Source of the DNA: an uncultured delta proteobacterium
Lineage (GTDB): Bacteria > Myxococcota_A > Polyangia > Polyangiales > Polyangiaceae
DNA length: 64,000 bases
Direction: 5' to 3'
NCBI GenBank assembly: GCA_963716725.1
Contig: CAVQUB010000015.1
Coordinates: forward strand, 160,001-224,000
Shown: positions 42,089-52,445 of the stretch, one piece after another
Numbering within the stretch: the stretch's first letter is position 1
How the letters are laid out: each line of letters opens with the position of its first letter
Translations under genes and position numbers: made by a program
The notes under the pieces: model-generated
The model's input: only the letters and a program-made list of their open reading frames with translations
Databases searched by the model: none
Told to the model about the DNA's origin: nothing

Positions 42089-44661
42089 TTGGCAAAGCGG
42101 CAACTCCTCCTGGTCGATGCAGACCCGCGCAGCGTGCGGGTACTGGAAGTCAGCTTGAAGAAGGCTGGCTACAGCGTGACGACCGCGTCGGATGGCGGCG
42201 ATGCGCTGGCCAAGATCGAGTATTCGACGCCTGACCTCATCCTGACGGACACGCGCCTGCCGACGCTCGACGGATACGAGCTGGTGCGGCGTCTCAAGCA
42301 GAACCCTGATCTGAGCCAGATCCCGGTGGTGTTCCTGACCAGTCAGAAGTCCATCGAAGACAAGATCCGCGGCCTCGAGTTGGGAGTCGAAGACTACCTG
42401 ACCAAACCCATCTTCGTGCGGGAGCTCACTGCGCGCGTGAACCTGCTGCTTGCGCGGCGCACGCAAGAGCGCATGGCGACCAGCACGCCCGCTGGGGCGC
42501 GGACCCGCCTCTCGGGGGCGCTCGCCGACATGGGGGTGGTGGACATCATCCAGACCTTCGAGGTCAGCCGAAAGAGCGGCGAGGCTCGCATCACCACGGG
42601 TCGCGCGGAAGCCGTGATCTACTTCCGGGACGGCAAGGTCGTCGACGCACGCCTCGGCCGCCTGCGCGGCGAGGAGGCGGTCTACCGCGCGCTGATCTGG
42701 ACGACCGGCAGCTTCGAGGTCGAGTTCAAGGCGGTTGCCTGCGAGGACGTCGTGCCAACGACGACTCAGGGCCTGTTGATGGAAGGCATGCGCCGGGTGG
42801 ACGAGTGGGGTCGCCTGCTGGAGCAGTTGCCGCCGCTCACCACGCTCTTCGAGATCGATCACGATCAGCTCGTGGAGCGATTGGCCGAGATCCCGGACGA
42901 GCTGAACGGGATACTCCGGTTGTTCGACGGGCGCCGTACTCTGTTGGAGGTCGTGGACGATTCGCCCTTCGAGGACCTCTCGACGCTGTCCACGGTCACC
43001 AAGCTGTTCTTCGAGGGGCTGCTGGTCGCCGCGGCCCCTCGATCGGACGACGGTCGGACGACGTGGTTCCCAGCGCCGACGGCGAGGCGTTCCCCTTGCC
43101 TCGCGCTTCGGGGGAGCTGATCGTCGGGGACTCACCGGGGAGCGAGCTCAATGCAGCGCCATCGGTTCGCCCTCCCGCGCCCGACGTCTCCGTGCGCGGT
43201 TTCGGTCCCAAGACCCTGCCTGGCCTGGAGCCGGCCGATCGCGCCGCGGCCATCCGTGACTCTGGCCCGGTCCGCGTGGTCGTTCCGCCCGTCGACCTCC
43301 CGGTCTCGCGCGTGCCCGAGACGCGCGGCGGTCCGCCGACTTCGCTCTCGAGCACGCAGATGGGCCTGGGACCATCGCAGGACGCGGGACCGAAGACCAC
43401 GCTCCCGGACTCGCCCGAAGCTCGCGCCGCGGTGGCCATTGCTGCCAGCGCCGCGGCGGCTTCGCCGGCACCGACCGCTCGCGAAACGCCTGAAGCGCGA
43501 GCGGCAGCCACGGCCTCCATTGCGGCCAGCGCTGCGACGGCATCGCCGGCGCCAACGGCTCGCGAGACACCTGAAGCGCGAACGGCAGCCACGGCCACAG
43601 CCGCTGCCCCCGCCAAGGTGATTCCCTTTCCGGCGAGAAAAGACGAAGAAGCGAACGCGTCGGCGAGCGCGGCGACGACGGATGCACTGCCAGACTCTGG
43701 CCAGGAGGACGACGTGGGTAAGAAACGCGCGGGGGCGAAGAAGAAGAACCGAAAGCAGGAAGCCCCCGAGACCTCTCGCGAGACGCCGGGGGCGCAAGGC
43801 CGCGATGCGACCACGTTGCCGAGCGCCGAGGCCGAGGCCCGCGCTGCCATCGCAGCGAGCGCATTGGTCGCAGCACCGATGAAGGCCGAGGCCCTTGAAG
43901 TCGGGCCCGAGGCGGCGGACGAGAAGTCCAAGTCGGCGGACGAGAAGTCCAAATCGGCGGACGAGAAGTCCAAGTCGGTGGACGACAAGTCCAAGTCGGC
44001 AGACGACAAGTCCAAGTTGGCGGACGACAAGTCCAAGTCGGCGGGCGACAAGTCCAAGCGCGACAAGTCCAAGTCGGCCGACGACTCTTGGCATGGTCAT
44101 ATGCGCTTCTTCGCCGAGGGCGACGAAGGCAAGTACGAGGGTGGCCCGGCCAAGGCCCCGCCGCCCGAAGAACACCACGAACTGATCGAGGTGAACCCGC
44201 GACACTCCGTCACTCCCGAGCAGGAAGCGCGGCGCGCCAAGTTCGTGCGCTACGTCGCACTCATCACGGGCTTCGGTCTCGCGATTGCGCTGTTTGCTGC
44301 CTACCGTGCATCGCAGCAGGCCCAGGCGGATGCGATTCCGTCGACCGACGTCGTGACCTCTCCGCCGGTGCTCGTGAAACAGCCCGAGCCGAAGGTCGAA
44401 CCGGCAATCGAGCCGGCGGCGCCGCCCACCGCCGCGCCGAGCGCCGAGCCTGAGCCGGCGCCAGCGGCCGAAGCTCCGAAGGCCGAGCCCGAGCCGGCCA
44501 AGCCCGAGCCGGCCAAGCCTGAGCCGGTGGCCGCGAAGCCGCCGGTGCCGGTGGCGCCGAAGCCGCCGGTGCCCGTGGCGCCGGAGCCGCTCCCGCCGCC
44601 TGCGCTCCCACCCACCGCGACGACGGGCAAGCCGCCCACCGCGTCCTTTCCCCCGAACTGA
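42089..44661 (+). CDS. Receiver plus DUF4388 (PatA-N-like) protein with a long low-complexity linker and TM; probable frameshift near 43050
   Basis: REC motifs LVDAD, PDLILTD, DGYE, FLT and [18 protein letters not shown] (DUF4388). The tail (Ala/Pro-rich, TM, Pro-rich) continues in the 42805..44661 frame. Confidence 0.78.
43915..44085 (+). repeat. In-frame 21-bp tandem repeat, about 8 copies, encoding AD(E/D)KSKS
   Basis: GCGGACGAGAAGTCCAAGTCG and variants in tandem. Confidence 0.92.
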
Positions 44662-44668
44662 AGCTCGA

Positions 44669-45646
44669 TCAAGGGTTCGCGGGAGCCGGATCGCGCCGCG
44701 CGCTGTAGGCGATCTGACTCATGAACTTCGCACCGAAGTAGTGCGACAGCACACCCGCGGACTCGCCGTGGAAGATGCTCACGCGGGGCAGCCAAAAGTG
44801 GGAGCTCGAACCCGCTGCAATCGGAGCACCGGTCGCCCGGAACGCGGCGCGGTACCCGGCCTTCTTCACGGCGTCGGCGCTCACCGGATCGTACGCGCCC
44901 AAGGGGTAGTAGTAGGCGACGGGCGCGGTGCCGATGCGCTCGGTGATCAAGTCTCGGCTGAGCTCGAGCTCCTCCCACTGCCGCTTTCCGGTCAGAGCCA
45001 CCAGCCGCCGATGCATGTGACCGTGGCTCACGACCTCGCACAGGCCCGAGGCCACCATTTCGCGCGCGTGGTCCCAGGTCATTACCGGCGCGTTCTTCGG
45101 ATCTTCGAGCATGCCCGTGGGAATGCCCAGCGAGAAGCGCACGCCTCGCGCTTTCAAGATGGGCCAGGCTTTGGTGTACACGCTGATCAGCCCGTCATCG
45201 ATGCTGATCACCGCAACTCGAGCTGGCAGTGCCAGCTTGCCTTCGAGAAAATCGATGAGCTCGCTCACGGTCACGATCTCGACGCGATGATCGGCGAGCC
45301 ACGCGAGCTGAGCGTCGAAGTCACGGGTCCGCACGCTGAGCGGCTGAGCGCCGCGATTGAACGCGTGATAGAGCAGGACGACGGCGCGCGTTTCGCTCCT
45401 TGGAGCCACGGGCTCGGCGAAGGCGCGGCGAGCAGGAGCCGCGACGGGCGCGGTCTCGGGTTGGAGCTCGGGTCGGTCCAGGGAGAGCGGCTCGCTGGCG
45501 ACGGCGCGGGTCCCGGGCGGAGACGCGGACTGAGTCGAGGCGGCAGTCGCGTGGGGCCCGGGTGCGCTCGCCGGCTGGGCGCTCACGCAGCCCGAGAGCA
45601 GCCAAGCGAGGGTCGGGACGAAGCTCCGCACAGTGCCGGGCAGCAT
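44669..45646 (-). CDS. Polysaccharide deacetylase (CE4/NodB) lipoprotein
   Basis: Lipobox LSGC, VLLYH, ISIDDG, SHGHMH, YPLG and LPRV. Confidence 0.88.
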   Translation of the reverse strand: MLPGTVRSFVPTLAWLLSGCVSAQPASAPGPHATAASTQSASPPGTRAVASEPLSLDRPELQPETAPVAAPARRAFAEPVAPRSETRAVVLLYHAFNRGAQPLSVRTRDFDAQLAWLADHRVEIVTVSELIDFLEGKLALPARVAVISIDDGLISVYTKAWPILKARGVRFSLGIPTGMLEDPKNAPVMTWDHAREMVASGLCEVVSHGHMHRRLVALTGKRQWEELELSRDLITERIGTAPVAYYYPLGAYDPVSADAVKKAGYRAAFRATGAPIAAGSSSHFWLPRVSIFHGESAGVLSHYFGAKFMSQIAYSARRDPAPANP

Positions 45647-45684
45647 GGGGGCTTCAACCGGCGTTCAGCAACTTTTGTGAGGGT

Positions 45685-46680
45685 CTATCGCTTGCGAACC
45701 CGCGGATCGAGCACGGCGTAGGACAGATCGACCAAGAAGTTCGCCGCCACCACCATGGTCGAAAACAGGATCACCACCCCCATGATCACCGGTCCGTCGC
45801 GCTCGACGATGGCGTCGACGCTCAGCGAGCCGATGCCGGGCCAGCGGAAGATCTTCTCGGTCACGATGGCGCCACCGACCAGCGTGCCCATGCTGAGGCC
45901 CACCACTGTCACCAGCGGCATGAGCGCGTTGCGCAGGGCGTGGCGGACGATCACCACCCACTCGCGCTGCCCCTTGGCTCGCGCAGTGCGAATGTAGTCC
46001 TCTTTGAGGAGCGTGATCATCTCGTCGCGGACCAGCCGGGTGTAGTACGCCGCGCCGTAGAGCCCGAGGGTCAAGGCCGGCAGGAACGCGGAGTGGATCT
46101 GCTCGGCGCTGGTCTGCCCGTAGCCGTCGAGGGGGAAGAGCTTGAGCTCCCGGGCAAAGAAGTGCTGGAGGAGCAGCCCGGTCAGAAAGGTCGGCGCGCT
46201 GATGCCCACCAGCGTCAGCGCCACGGTGCCGTAGTCGAGCACGCCGTGGCGCTTCATGGCGGCGATCACGCCGGCTGCGGCCCCAATGGCCACTTCGATG
46301 GCGAGCGCGAGGATGCCCACGAGCAGCGTGGGCGGCAGCGCCTTGGCGAGCAGCTTGGTGACGGGCTTGCGCTTCAGGTAGCTCACGCCCAGATCGATGC
46401 GAACCGGCCCGACCGTCCACGCGCTGTCGTCCTTGGGATCGGCCGGCGGCTTGCCGACGCTCACCAGGTTCGACATGTAGAGCCCGTAGCGGATGTGCAC
46501 CGGTCGATCGAGGCCGAGCTGAGTGCGAATGCGCGCCACGTCCGCGGGCCTGGCCTGCGGACCAGCGATGACGCGCGCGGGGTCTTCGGGCAGCACGTTG
46601 TAGATGAAGAAGGTGGCGGTCACCACGGCCCAGATCGTGAAGAGCGACCAGAGCAGGCGGCGTCCCAGGTAGGCGAGCAT
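45685..46680 (-). CDS. Peptide/nickel ABC transporter permease (DppB/OppB-like)
   Basis: LGLDRP, DLGVSY and DYIRTARAKG..HALRNAL. Confidence 0.93.
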   Translation of the reverse strand: MLAYLGRRLLWSLFTIWAVVTATFFIYNVLPEDPARVIAGPQARPADVARIRTQLGLDRPVHIRYGLYMSNLVSVGKPPADPKDDSAWTVGPVRIDLGVSYLKRKPVTKLLAKALPPTLLVGILALAIEVAIGAAAGVIAAMKRHGVLDYGTVALTLVGISAPTFLTGLLLQHFFARELKLFPLDGYGQTSAEQIHSAFLPALTLGLYGAAYYTRLVRDEMITLLKEDYIRTARAKGQREWVVIVRHALRNALMPLVTVVGLSMGTLVGGAIVTEKIFRWPGIGSLSVDAIVERDGPVIMGVVILFSTMVVAANFLVDLSYAVLDPRVRKR

Positions 46681-48449
46681 CAGCGACCGGCCTTCCCGCG
46701 CTTGGCGTGAGCCAGCGCCAGCGTGGTCTTCGGCGCTCGGCGCTCAGGGCAGGTGAAGCGATCGAGCAGTCTCAGGCTGCGGGAGCAGCCAGCATGGGCG
46801 AGCTTCTTCGCGGAGCCATCGAGCCAGGCGTTCCGCATGTACTGGCTGAGCACGGGGTGAGGGCGGTAACCGTGCACGTAGGGCTGCCAGAGTTCGTAGT
46901 AGCTGTAGGTGTAGGCGGTGGCCCAGGGTGCCTCTTGCACCACGATGTCTTCTGCCTTGCGGTAGAGGCTTTTGCGCTCACCATCGTTGGTCGAGCGACG
47001 CGCCCGATCCAGCACGTCGTCGAGCTCCTTGTTGGAGAAGAAGGCCGCGTTCTGGCTCTCCTCGTCTTGGATGCTCTTGCTGGCCAGGATCGGCTCGAAG
47101 AAGGTCGATGCGTCGGGGAAGTCGGCGTGCCAACCGGCGAAGCCCATCGGAGTGGTCTTGCGCCGACTGGTCTTCGCCAGGAAGGTCGGCCAGCCCACGA
47201 CCTGGATCTTCAGGCGGATGCCGATCCTCGCGAGCTGCTGTTGGTAGACTTCCGCAGCGGCCTGCGCAAACGAGTCGAGGATCGCGAGATACGGGATCTC
47301 GTGGGGATAACCGCCTTGCCCGGTCTTGGGATCGAAAGGGTAGCCAGCCAAGCGCATTTCCTCGAGCGCGCGCTGGTAGTCGAAGACCTGCTGCGGAACC
47401 CCGGGCTCCGAGGGCATGAGCACGTTGGGCACCATCTTGGCATGCGGACGTACGTGGCCGGGGCGCACGCTCGCGAGCTGCTCGCGGTCGATGGCGTAGC
47501 TGACTGCGCGCCGGACGTGGCGGTTGTCGAAGGGCGGCATCTCCGTGTTCATGAAGGTGCCGCCGGTGGTGAGCGACGGCTCCCATTCGCCCCGACCGCG
47601 CCACGCCGGGCTGGTCCGATACAACAAGCTGTCGGCTTCGCTCAGCTCTCGGATGTAGTCCAGGTCGCCCTGCTCGAATTTGAAGCGCTGCGTGAAGCTC
47701 TGCATCGACAGGAACCACTCGATGCCGTCCAGGTAGGGCTTGCCCTTGTCCCAGTAGCCCTCGTGCCGAACCATCTTGATGATCTGACCGTTCTCGTAGC
47801 GGGTGACCTTGAAGGGGCCGGCGCCGCAAGGGTTGGCCGCGAAGGTCCGCTCCCAGACCTTGCCGGCGCTCTTGCACACCGGCGCGACGATCGGCAACGC
47901 CATGATGTGCAAGAAGGTGGCGTCCGGCTCGCTGAGCTCGATGGCGATCTGGTAGTCGCCCTCGACCTTCACCCCGCTGAGATCTTCGACCTTGCCGTCG
48001 TGATAGGGGCCGTAACCCACGATGCGCTCGTAGTACGAGGGGACCGGGCACGGCGTCTTGACGTGTAGCGCGCGCTCGATGCTGCGCTTCACGTCGGCGG
48101 CGGTGAGCTCGGTCCCGTCGTGGAAGGTGACGCCGCGTCGGATCGGGAAGACGTAGCGTTTGCCGTCGGCCGAGACGTCGATGCGTTCGGCCAGCAGCGG
48201 CACGATCTTGCCCTCATCCGAGTAGCTGACTAGCCCGTCGTACACCAGTGACTCGATGGCGCTGGCGGCGGTGTCGAAGGCGGTGGCGGAGTCGAGCCCG
48301 CGCACGTCCGTGAAGAAGGCGGTCCGGAGCACGCCGCCCCGCTCTGGCGGGCCCTCGCGGTCCTCACCAATTGGAGGCGCTACCCCGGTGCTGCAGCCGA
48401 GCACCGCCAGGCACACCGCTAGCTCAATCTTCGTGCGGATCGAGCGCAT
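46680..48449 (-). CDS. ABC transporter substrate-binding lipoprotein, family 5 (DppA/OppA-like)
   Basis: Lipobox VLGC, YDGLV..PLLAE..FHDGTELTAADVK, GAGPF and PFDNRHVRRA. Confidence 0.93.
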   Translation of the reverse strand: MRSIRTKIELAVCLAVLGCSTGVAPPIGEDREGPPERGGVLRTAFFTDVRGLDSATAFDTAASAIESLVYDGLVSYSDEGKIVPLLAERIDVSADGKRYVFPIRRGVTFHDGTELTAADVKRSIERALHVKTPCPVPSYYERIVGYGPYHDGKVEDLSGVKVEGDYQIAIELSEPDATFLHIMALPIVAPVCKSAGKVWERTFAANPCGAGPFKVTRYENGQIIKMVRHEGYWDKGKPYLDGIEWFLSMQSFTQRFKFEQGDLDYIRELSEADSLLYRTSPAWRGRGEWEPSLTTGGTFMNTEMPPFDNRHVRRAVSYAIDREQLASVRPGHVRPHAKMVPNVLMPSEPGVPQQVFDYQRALEEMRLAGYPFDPKTGQGGYPHEIPYLAILDSFAQAAAEVYQQQLARIGIRLKIQVVGWPTFLAKTSRRKTTPMGFAGWHADFPDASTFFEPILASKSIQDEESQNAAFFSNKELDDVLDRARRSTNDGERKSLYRKAEDIVVQEAPWATAYTYSYYELWQPYVHGYRPHPVLSQYMRNAWLDGSAKKLAHAGCSRSLRLLDRFTCPERRAPKTTLALAHAKRGKAGR

Positions 48450-49290
48450 CGCGCAGACCTTCTCCCACCAGGTTGAAGCCGAGAACAGCCAGGAAGATCA
48501 GGATTCCCGGGGCGAGGACCAGCCGCGGGGCGACGGTGTAGAAGCGCTGTCCTTCGAGCAACATGCGTCCCCAGGTCGCGGTCGGTGGCGGCAACCCGAC
48601 CTGCAGGTAGGACAGCACGCTCTCCGCGATGATCATTTGGGCCACCGACGCCGAGGCGATGACGATCAAGGGACCGGCGACGTTGGGCAGGATGTGGCGC
48701 AGCAGGATCGACGCCGTCGACTGCCCGAGGGCGCGCGAGGCCATGATGAAGTCCAGGTGGCGGACCTGAATGGTCTTGGCGCGGATGATGCGGGCGGTGC
48801 CGAACCAGCTGGTGAAGCCGAGCACCATCAAAATCGTCACGATGGTCGTGTCGCCGACGGCGGCACCGATGGCCATCACCAGCAATAGGTACGGAAAACT
48901 CAGACCGACGTCGACCATGCGCATCAAGAAGGTATCGACGGCCGCTGCTCGAGTCCCCTCGGCGTAGCCGCTGGTCAAACCCACGGCAGCGCCCACCACG
49001 ATGCTGATGGTGGTCGCGAAGAAGGCAACCAGCAGGGAGACACGGGCGCCATAGGCCAGCCGGCTGAATGAGTCGCGAAGCAAGGGATCGACCCCGAGCA
49101 GGTGCTGGCGGCTCGGGCCGAGCAGGCCGCCGGTCGAGTCACGCCCCGCGCTGAAGTCGCTCAGGTTCGGGTCATGGCCCGCGAACATCGGTCCGAACAC
49201 GGCGAACGACACCAGCGCCACGACCAGGGCAGCGCCGACGACGGCGCCTCGGTTCTTCTTGAAGCGACGGGAGGCACGCGGGTCGAACAC
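48424..49290 (-). CDS. Peptide/nickel ABC transporter permease (DppC/OppC-like)
   Basis: HLLGVD..RD.FSRLAYGARVSL, FIMASRALG..RHILPN and WGRML. Confidence 0.93.
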   Translation of the reverse strand: MFDPRASRRFKKNRGAVVGAALVVALVSFAVFGPMFAGHDPNLSDFSAGRDSTGGLLGPSRQHLLGVDPLLRDSFSRLAYGARVSLLVAFFATTISIVVGAAVGLTSGYAEGTRAAAVDTFLMRMVDVGLSFPYLLLVMAIGAAVGDTTIVTILMVLGFTSWFGTARIIRAKTIQVRHLDFIMASRALGQSTASILLRHILPNVAGPLIVIASASVAQMIIAESVLSYLQVGLPPPTATWGRMLLEGQRFYTVAPRLVLAPGILIFLAVLGFNLVGEGLRDALDPHED

Positions 49291-49333
49291 GGGTGTCCTC
49301 CCATTACCCTTCCCGCGGCCCGGTCGAAAGCGC

Positions 49334-50165
49334 TCAGCGGTCCTCGCCCAGGAAGCGACGCGTCGCGGCGCCCACCTCTTGTGGCCTCTCTTCTTGGGGG
49401 CAGTGTCCGGCGTCCACGAGCTCGAGGCGAGCCCCGCGGATTTGGCGGGAAAGGCGCTGCCCGAAGGCGGCAGGGCAGACGCGGTCGTGGCGCCCCCAGA
49501 TCACCAAGGTGGGGGTCTCGATGCGGGGCGTCAGCGCGATGATGGCACGCGCATCCGCCGTCGCGCGCATGGTGGCGAGGGCACTGCCACGCGACGCGGG
49601 AGTGTTGAAGAGATTCGTAGTAGCGGTCGATCCGAGCGGTGTCGACCCGAGAGTCCGGACCGAGCAACGAGCGTCGGAAGATCGACCGAAACCCGGCTCG
49701 ACCGAGCAACTGCTTCACCACGAGGCCGCCGAGGATGGGCACTGCCGCGACTCGCGTCGGAAGACTGGGTTCGAGGGCGTTCGGCGCCGCATCGATCAAC
49801 ACGAGCTTGCTCACGAGCTCGGGGTGGCGAGCTGCCAGCGTGATTGCGATGGTGCCGCCCAGCCCCTGACCGACCACCACCGCCCGCCCGAGGCCCAACC
49901 CACCGTAGAGATCGACGACGGCGTCGGTGAAGGCGTCCACGTCGTAGGCGAAGCGGACCGCCGGGGGCTTCTCGCTCTCGCCGAAGCCCGGGAGATCCGG
50001 CATCACGTGATGGAACGCCGGTCCGAGAGCGCTGCAGAGCTCGCTCCAAGTCGAGTGGTCCAGGTGGATGCCGTGCAGGTACAGAACCGGCGGTCCGGTG
50101 CCTTCCTCGCGCACTCGCAGGCGAACGCCGCCCGCCAACACGTCGCGGTAGCGCGGCTCGTCCAT
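49334..50165 (-). CDS. Alpha/beta-hydrolase fold protein, frameshift near 49610
   Basis: LYLHG, PDLPGFGES and elbow GQGLGG. The C-terminal PTLVIWGRHD..GHCPQEE lies in the adjacent frame. Confidence 0.82.
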
Positions 50166-50289
50166 GGCGGGCAGGGTACCACCACTTCGGCGCGACCCTC
50201 GGGGGGCGAGGGAGCAAGCCGTTCTTGCCGGAACTCATCGCCGCGCTCCGCCGCTCGGCGGGCTCCGGAGCGTTTCCCCCACGCAGCTG

Positions 50290-50454
50290 GCTCGGCGGAT
50301 TCACAGGAAGCCGGGAAGTCGGGAAGAAGATTTCGATTGTCCGCGCTCGGCGGATTCACAGGAAGTCGGGAAGTCGGGAAGGGGATTTCGACCGTCCGCG
50401 CTCGGCGGATTCACAGGAAGCCGGGAAGTCGGGAAGAAGATTTCGATCGTCCGC
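50290..50454 (+). repeat. Three tandem 55-bp intergenic repeats
   Basis: Units at 50290, 50345 and 50400, consensus GCTCGGCGGATTCACAGGAAGYCGGGAAGTCGGGAAGRRGATTTCGAYYGTCCGC. Confidence 0.95.
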
Positions 50455-50634
50455 CTGGGTAACGGCAGCGGCCAGCTGACGCGCTTCGGTGCTCACCGCG
50501 AACTGGGCGCTCGGGTTCAGGCCATCCACCACGAGGCGTCGCAGCTCTCGCCCTAGGCTCGCTGGATTGATACGACACACGCTTCACGACGCCGACGAGT
50601 GCGCAGCTGTCAATACTGAAACCGTGGAGGTAGT

Positions 50635-50672
50635 TCCATCTGAGTCCATCTGAGTCCATCTGAGTCCATGTG
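50635..50672 (+). repeat. 10-bp direct repeat TCCATCTGAG x3 plus a partial fourth copy
   Basis: Copies start at 50635, 50645 and 50655; TCCATGTG at 50665. Confidence 0.92.
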
Positions 50673-50875
50673 GGATGGAGTAGGGAATGGACACTCACCT
50701 GCACACGCGTCGATGTCGTCTGAGCCCTTCGTTCAGTGGAAGCGACGGGTTAGCGATGTAGTTCCATGTACGCAACGACCGTCGCAGATCGCTCGCGAGG
50801 GACGCTGAGATGTGACAAGAAATGTCTCACCATGAAGGCGGTTTCGCGTCCATGGAGCGGACTGGGAACGAGTGC

Positions 50876-50927
50876 AAAAAAAAAGGTGGAAAGCGTTTTG
50901 GGTGATCCACTCAATAGAATATATTCG
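50876..50927 (+). promoter_or_regulatory. AT-rich putative promoter/operator upstream of the MerR-type gene
   Basis: A9 tract at 50876-50884, TAGAAT at 50915-50920 and a perfect palindrome GAATATATTC at 50917-50926, in otherwise GC-rich DNA. Confidence 0.5.
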
Positions 50928-50971
50928 CTCGCGTCAGGGGTGCCGCAGGGGCGGCGCCGACGAGCACGACG

Positions 50972-51544
50972 ATGCCGGGTATCGACGACACGACGCTGAG
51001 CCAGATCGAAAGGGAGCACCCAGCCGGGCTGAGCTCCGCGGAGATCCTGGACATCTTCGCCACCCACGGGGTGGCGCTGTCGGAGGCGACCCTGCGCAAG
51101 TACGTTCAGCTCGGGCTCCTGCCTCGAAGCATCCGGGTGGGGCGCAAGGGCAAGCACCAGGGCTCGCAAGGCATCTACCCCGTCAGCGTGGTTCGTCAGA
51201 TCTCGCGCATCAAGCAGATGATGGCAGAGAGCTACACCATCGATCAGATCCAGCGAGAGTTCCTGTTCATGCGCAGCGACTTGCAGGCCCTCGAGCAGAC
51301 GCTCGCCGGGTTGTTCGAGAAGCTGGCGAGAATCGTGGGCGACAAGCGCCGTGGGGACGACCCTGGGACGACCCTGGGAAGTACCCGTAGGGGTGAGCCC
51401 CAGAAGTGGGGTGCGACGGCCAAGGCCGTTGCGCGCGACGTGAGCGAGGCTCGCTCGCTCAGCAAAGACTTGTTGGTCCGACTTGGGGCCATTGAATCGC
51501 GGCTCACGTCGCGGACGAAGCTTGAGAGGGTGGTCGCTTCCTGA
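50972..51544 (+). CDS. MerR-type helix-turn-helix DNA-binding protein
   Basis: LSEATLRKYVQLGLLP..G.Y..RQISRIKQMM..YTIDQI, followed by a coiled coil. Confidence 0.8.
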   Translation: MPGIDDTTLSQIEREHPAGLSSAEILDIFATHGVALSEATLRKYVQLGLLPRSIRVGRKGKHQGSQGIYPVSVVRQISRIKQMMAESYTIDQIQREFLFMRSDLQALEQTLAGLFEKLARIVGDKRRGDDPGTTLGSTRRGEPQKWGATAKAVARDVSEARSLSKDLLVRLGAIESRLTSRTKLERVVAS

Positions 51545-51755
51545 GGGAGACGACCGACGATTTGGGATTGACGATGTGACTTGAGGCGGACCCGAGGGGC
51601 AACCCCGCGTGTGACGGCAGGCTCGTCGCACAACGAACTCGGGTGTCGCGCTTGGGCTGGAACAGTCGAGGCGAAAACCACGTGAACGGGACGGGCTCCC
51701 GGCCGCGACGGGGATCGTGCGTGCACTGAGCGGACACGGAGATCTGGAGGCAGTG

Positions 51756-52439
51756 ATGGATTCGAACAACCAGGGCAGCACGCCCGATACGACCACGATG
51801 GGACCCCACAACGAGCCCGAGACGGAGGGCGCGACCGCGCTCGCTTTGGCCCCCGACAGCGAGACCGACGGCGAGGCGATCACCCGGGAGCAGCGCCGCT
51901 CGCGTCGCAAGCGCGACGTGCGAGCTCGCACCATCAGCGTCAAGCGCATGACCAAGCGCGAGCTCGAGATCGGGCGTTTGCTCTACCCGGAGTCCGACTT
52001 CGACAAGCCGCGCAGCCGCGCCGAGTGCACCGAGGGCCCGCGGCCCTGCCCAGTCGTGTCGTGCAAGCACCACCTCTACATCGACGTCTCGCCGCGCACG
52101 GGCGCGATCAAGCTCAACTTCCCGGACCTCGAGGTTTGGGAGCTCAACGAGTCCTGCGCGCTCGATGTGGCGGACCGTGGCGGAACGACGCTGGAAGACG
52201 TGGGGGCTATCATGAATCTGACGCGGGAGAGAATTCGGCAAGTAGAGGTCAAGGCGCTGGCGAAGCTCGAGGCGCTGCGGGACATGTTGGCGTTGCGCGA
52301 CTACATCGACGAGGGTCCGGTCGGCAAGCGCCGGTTGCCCAGCCTGACCAAGGCAGATCTGGCCGCCAAGCCCAAGGACGACGACGCGAGCGACGATCTG
52401 GACGCGGACGACGGCGACTTCGACGTATTGGACGCTTGA
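51756..52439 (+). CDS. DNA-binding protein with a Cys/His cluster and a sigma70 region-4-type HTH
   Basis: [58 protein letters not shown]. Confidence 0.85.
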   Translation: MDSNNQGSTPDTTTMGPHNEPETEGATALALAPDSETDGEAITREQRRSRRKRDVRARTISVKRMTKRELEIGRLLYPESDFDKPRSRAECTEGPRPCPVVSCKHHLYIDVSPRTGAIKLNFPDLEVWELNESCALDVADRGGTTLEDVGAIMNLTRERIRQVEVKALAKLEALRDMLALRDYIDEGPVGKRRLPSLTKADLAAKPKDDDASDDLDADDGDFDVLDA

Positions 52440-52445
52440 GGCGCG

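Noticed and set aside
37418..49290. NikR-controlled nickel ABC importer
   Set aside because: nikR is 8 kb from the ABC genes, I saw no operator, and family-5 SBP specificity cannot be read from sequence by eye.
50290..50454. CRISPR array
   Set aside because: The units are contiguous and near-identical with no unique spacers.
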